A DNA stretch of 63,747 bases, the filler included, from Candidatus Rokuibacteriota bacterium (GTDB lineage: Bacteria > JAUVQV01 > DATDCY01), in NCBI GenBank assembly GCA_031406795.1. It is 5 parts of 5 records of this genome, joined end to end, with 100 filler letters (N's around TTAATTAATTAA, not from the genome) between each part and the next. Parts side by side here need not be neighbours in the genome. Positions count along the whole stretch, not along the records: positions 42,118 to 63,747 come from JANOHV010000261.1; 4 more parts are not named here. One strand, 5' to 3'. Shown one piece after another: positions 62,659-63,747 of this stretch (position 1 is the stretch's first letter; the number at the start of each line of letters is the position of its first letter). The notes under the pieces were generated by a model. That model did not search any database and was not told the origin of the DNA. It saw only the letters and a list, made by a program, of their open reading frames with translations. Made by a program: the position numbers and the translations under genes.

Positions 62659-63138
62659 TCAGAACATGGTGTTCTGATTCATGACCTCGTTGTCCTCGGG
62701 CACCCATTGCATCACGTCCCAGTGCTCCACGATCCTGCCGTCGGCGTCGAGGCGAAACCAGTCCATCGAAGCCCGGCCCTTGCCGCCGGTCGGGTCCAGA
62801 TGGTGCACGTGGACCGCCACCAGGTCGCCCTCGGCGATCACGCGCTTGATCGCCATGCGGGCCTTGGGGACGCGCTTGAATACCTCCTTGAAGGCCGCGA
62901 TGAAGGCCTCCTTGCCGTCCTTCACGAAGGGATTGTGCTGCCGATACTCCGCCCCGACGTACTTCTCCATGGCCCCTTCCGGATCGTGGTCGTTCATGAA
63001 CATGTTGTAGAAAGCCGTCACGGTCTGCTTGTTGCGCTCCAGCCGCGCCTTCTCGATGTCAAACCGGTCCGCCGCCATGGCCGGAACAGCCGCCGCGGCC
63101 AGCATTGCCACTGCCACCACCATCACCGAACGTTTCAT
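62659..63138 (-). CDS. Exported SnoaL/NTF2-like protein
   Basis: Signal peptide; NKQTVTAFY, YRQHNP..DGKEAF, IAEGDLV, DWFRLDADGRIVEHWDV. Confidence 0.88.
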   Translation of the reverse strand: MKRSVMVVAVAMLAAAAVPAMAADRFDIEKARLERNKQTVTAFYNMFMNDHDPEGAMEKYVGAEYRQHNPFVKDGKEAFIAAFKEVFKRVPKARMAIKRVIAEGDLVAVHVHHLDPTGGKGRASMDWFRLDADGRIVEHWDVMQWVPEDNEVMNQNTMF

Positions 63139-63395
63139 CTCTCCCCCCTCTCACCCGGTCAGTCCCGTGTCACAATATGCCATGTTCATGCTGTTGAAAT
63201 CCAGATCGGGCAGACCATCAGCCTTTCCTCCGCAACGCATCGCGCGAAAAGCAGGCTCTTCGGAATCCCGGCAGGTCTTCTTCGAAAATGGCGCGCGCTT
63301 CGAAATGTCGGGGGTGGCGGCGGGTGCGCCCGGCAAGTCGGCCAACAGAGGAGGATGAGGCCGGGGCCGCATCGTGCGACCCCGGCCCCGTTCGG

Positions 63396-63747
63396 TCAGG
63401 GAATGCAGTTGCCGAACTGGTCCAACGAGCCGACGCAATATGGCCGCATCATCTCGTTGTCCTCGTGCGACAGGATGTGGCAGTGCCACAGGTACAGGCC
63501 CGCGAGGTCGTACATCGCCTTGACCCTGGTCACCCCGCCGGGGTAAACAATGACCGTGTCCTTGAAGCCACTCTCCCAGGGTTCAGCCGGCGTAACCGCG
63601 CCGGTGAGCATGTCCGTGCGGTCGATGACCTGGAACATCACGAGGTGGAGGTGGATCGGGTGGGCGTCGACCGTGAAGTTGTTGATCTCCCAGATCTCCG
63701 TGCTGCCGAAGGCCGGGGTTTCCGTGATCGGGTCCATGAAGTTCATC
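63396..63747 (-). CDS. Multicopper oxidase C-terminal fragment, copy B
   Basis: Same motifs as 41666-42017; truncated by window end. Confidence 0.9.
   Translation of the reverse strand, partial: MNFMDPITETPAFGSTEIWEINNFTVDAHPIHLHLVMFQVIDRTDMLTGAVTPAEPWESGFKDTVIVYPGGVTRVKAMYDLAGLYLWHCHILSHEDNEMMRPYCVGSLDQFGNCIP

Overview
High-GC bacterial DNA, probably from an anaerobic Desulfobacterota/'delta'-like MAG (inferred from the multiheme cytochromes, PFOR and selenocysteine signals). It is five contigs joined by artificial 100-nt N/TTAATTAATTAA linkers at 2806-2905, 18880-18979, 26719-26818 and 42018-42117, so gene adjacency holds only within a contig. Contig 1: lexA-small ORF-dinB with a sigma70 promoter containing a TACTG-N10-CAGTA SOS box, a GIY-YIG nuclease and a receiver protein. 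Contig 2: a frameshifted DDE transposase with a DUF6788-like partner, a TolC/HlyD/ABC efflux operon, an MBL hydrolase, 12-heme and 4-heme cytochromes, a CCA-type nucleotidyltransferase and HU. Contig 3: VTC-DUF4956-CotH plus a GT-C glycosyltransferase. Contig 4: glycosylation/sugar genes, glgX, ychJ, alaA and multicopper oxidases. Contig 5: the PFOR 3' end, transaldolase, HPr, a redox/oxidative-stress cluster, an HD-GYP protein and a beta-propeller/diheme protein. The main discovery is two small genes missed by the ORF track because of in-frame UGA codons, each followed by a SECIS-like hairpin. One is a 40-aa peptide ending C-R-K-U-N-S-U-K-S directly upstream of a radical SAM/SPASM enzyme, a candidate new multi-selenocysteine RiPP system. 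The other is an SbtA/selenobiotic-like leader plus Sec fused to a PDZ-like tail. Several MITE/REP families are also present, one of them translated in frame inside an ABC ATPase.
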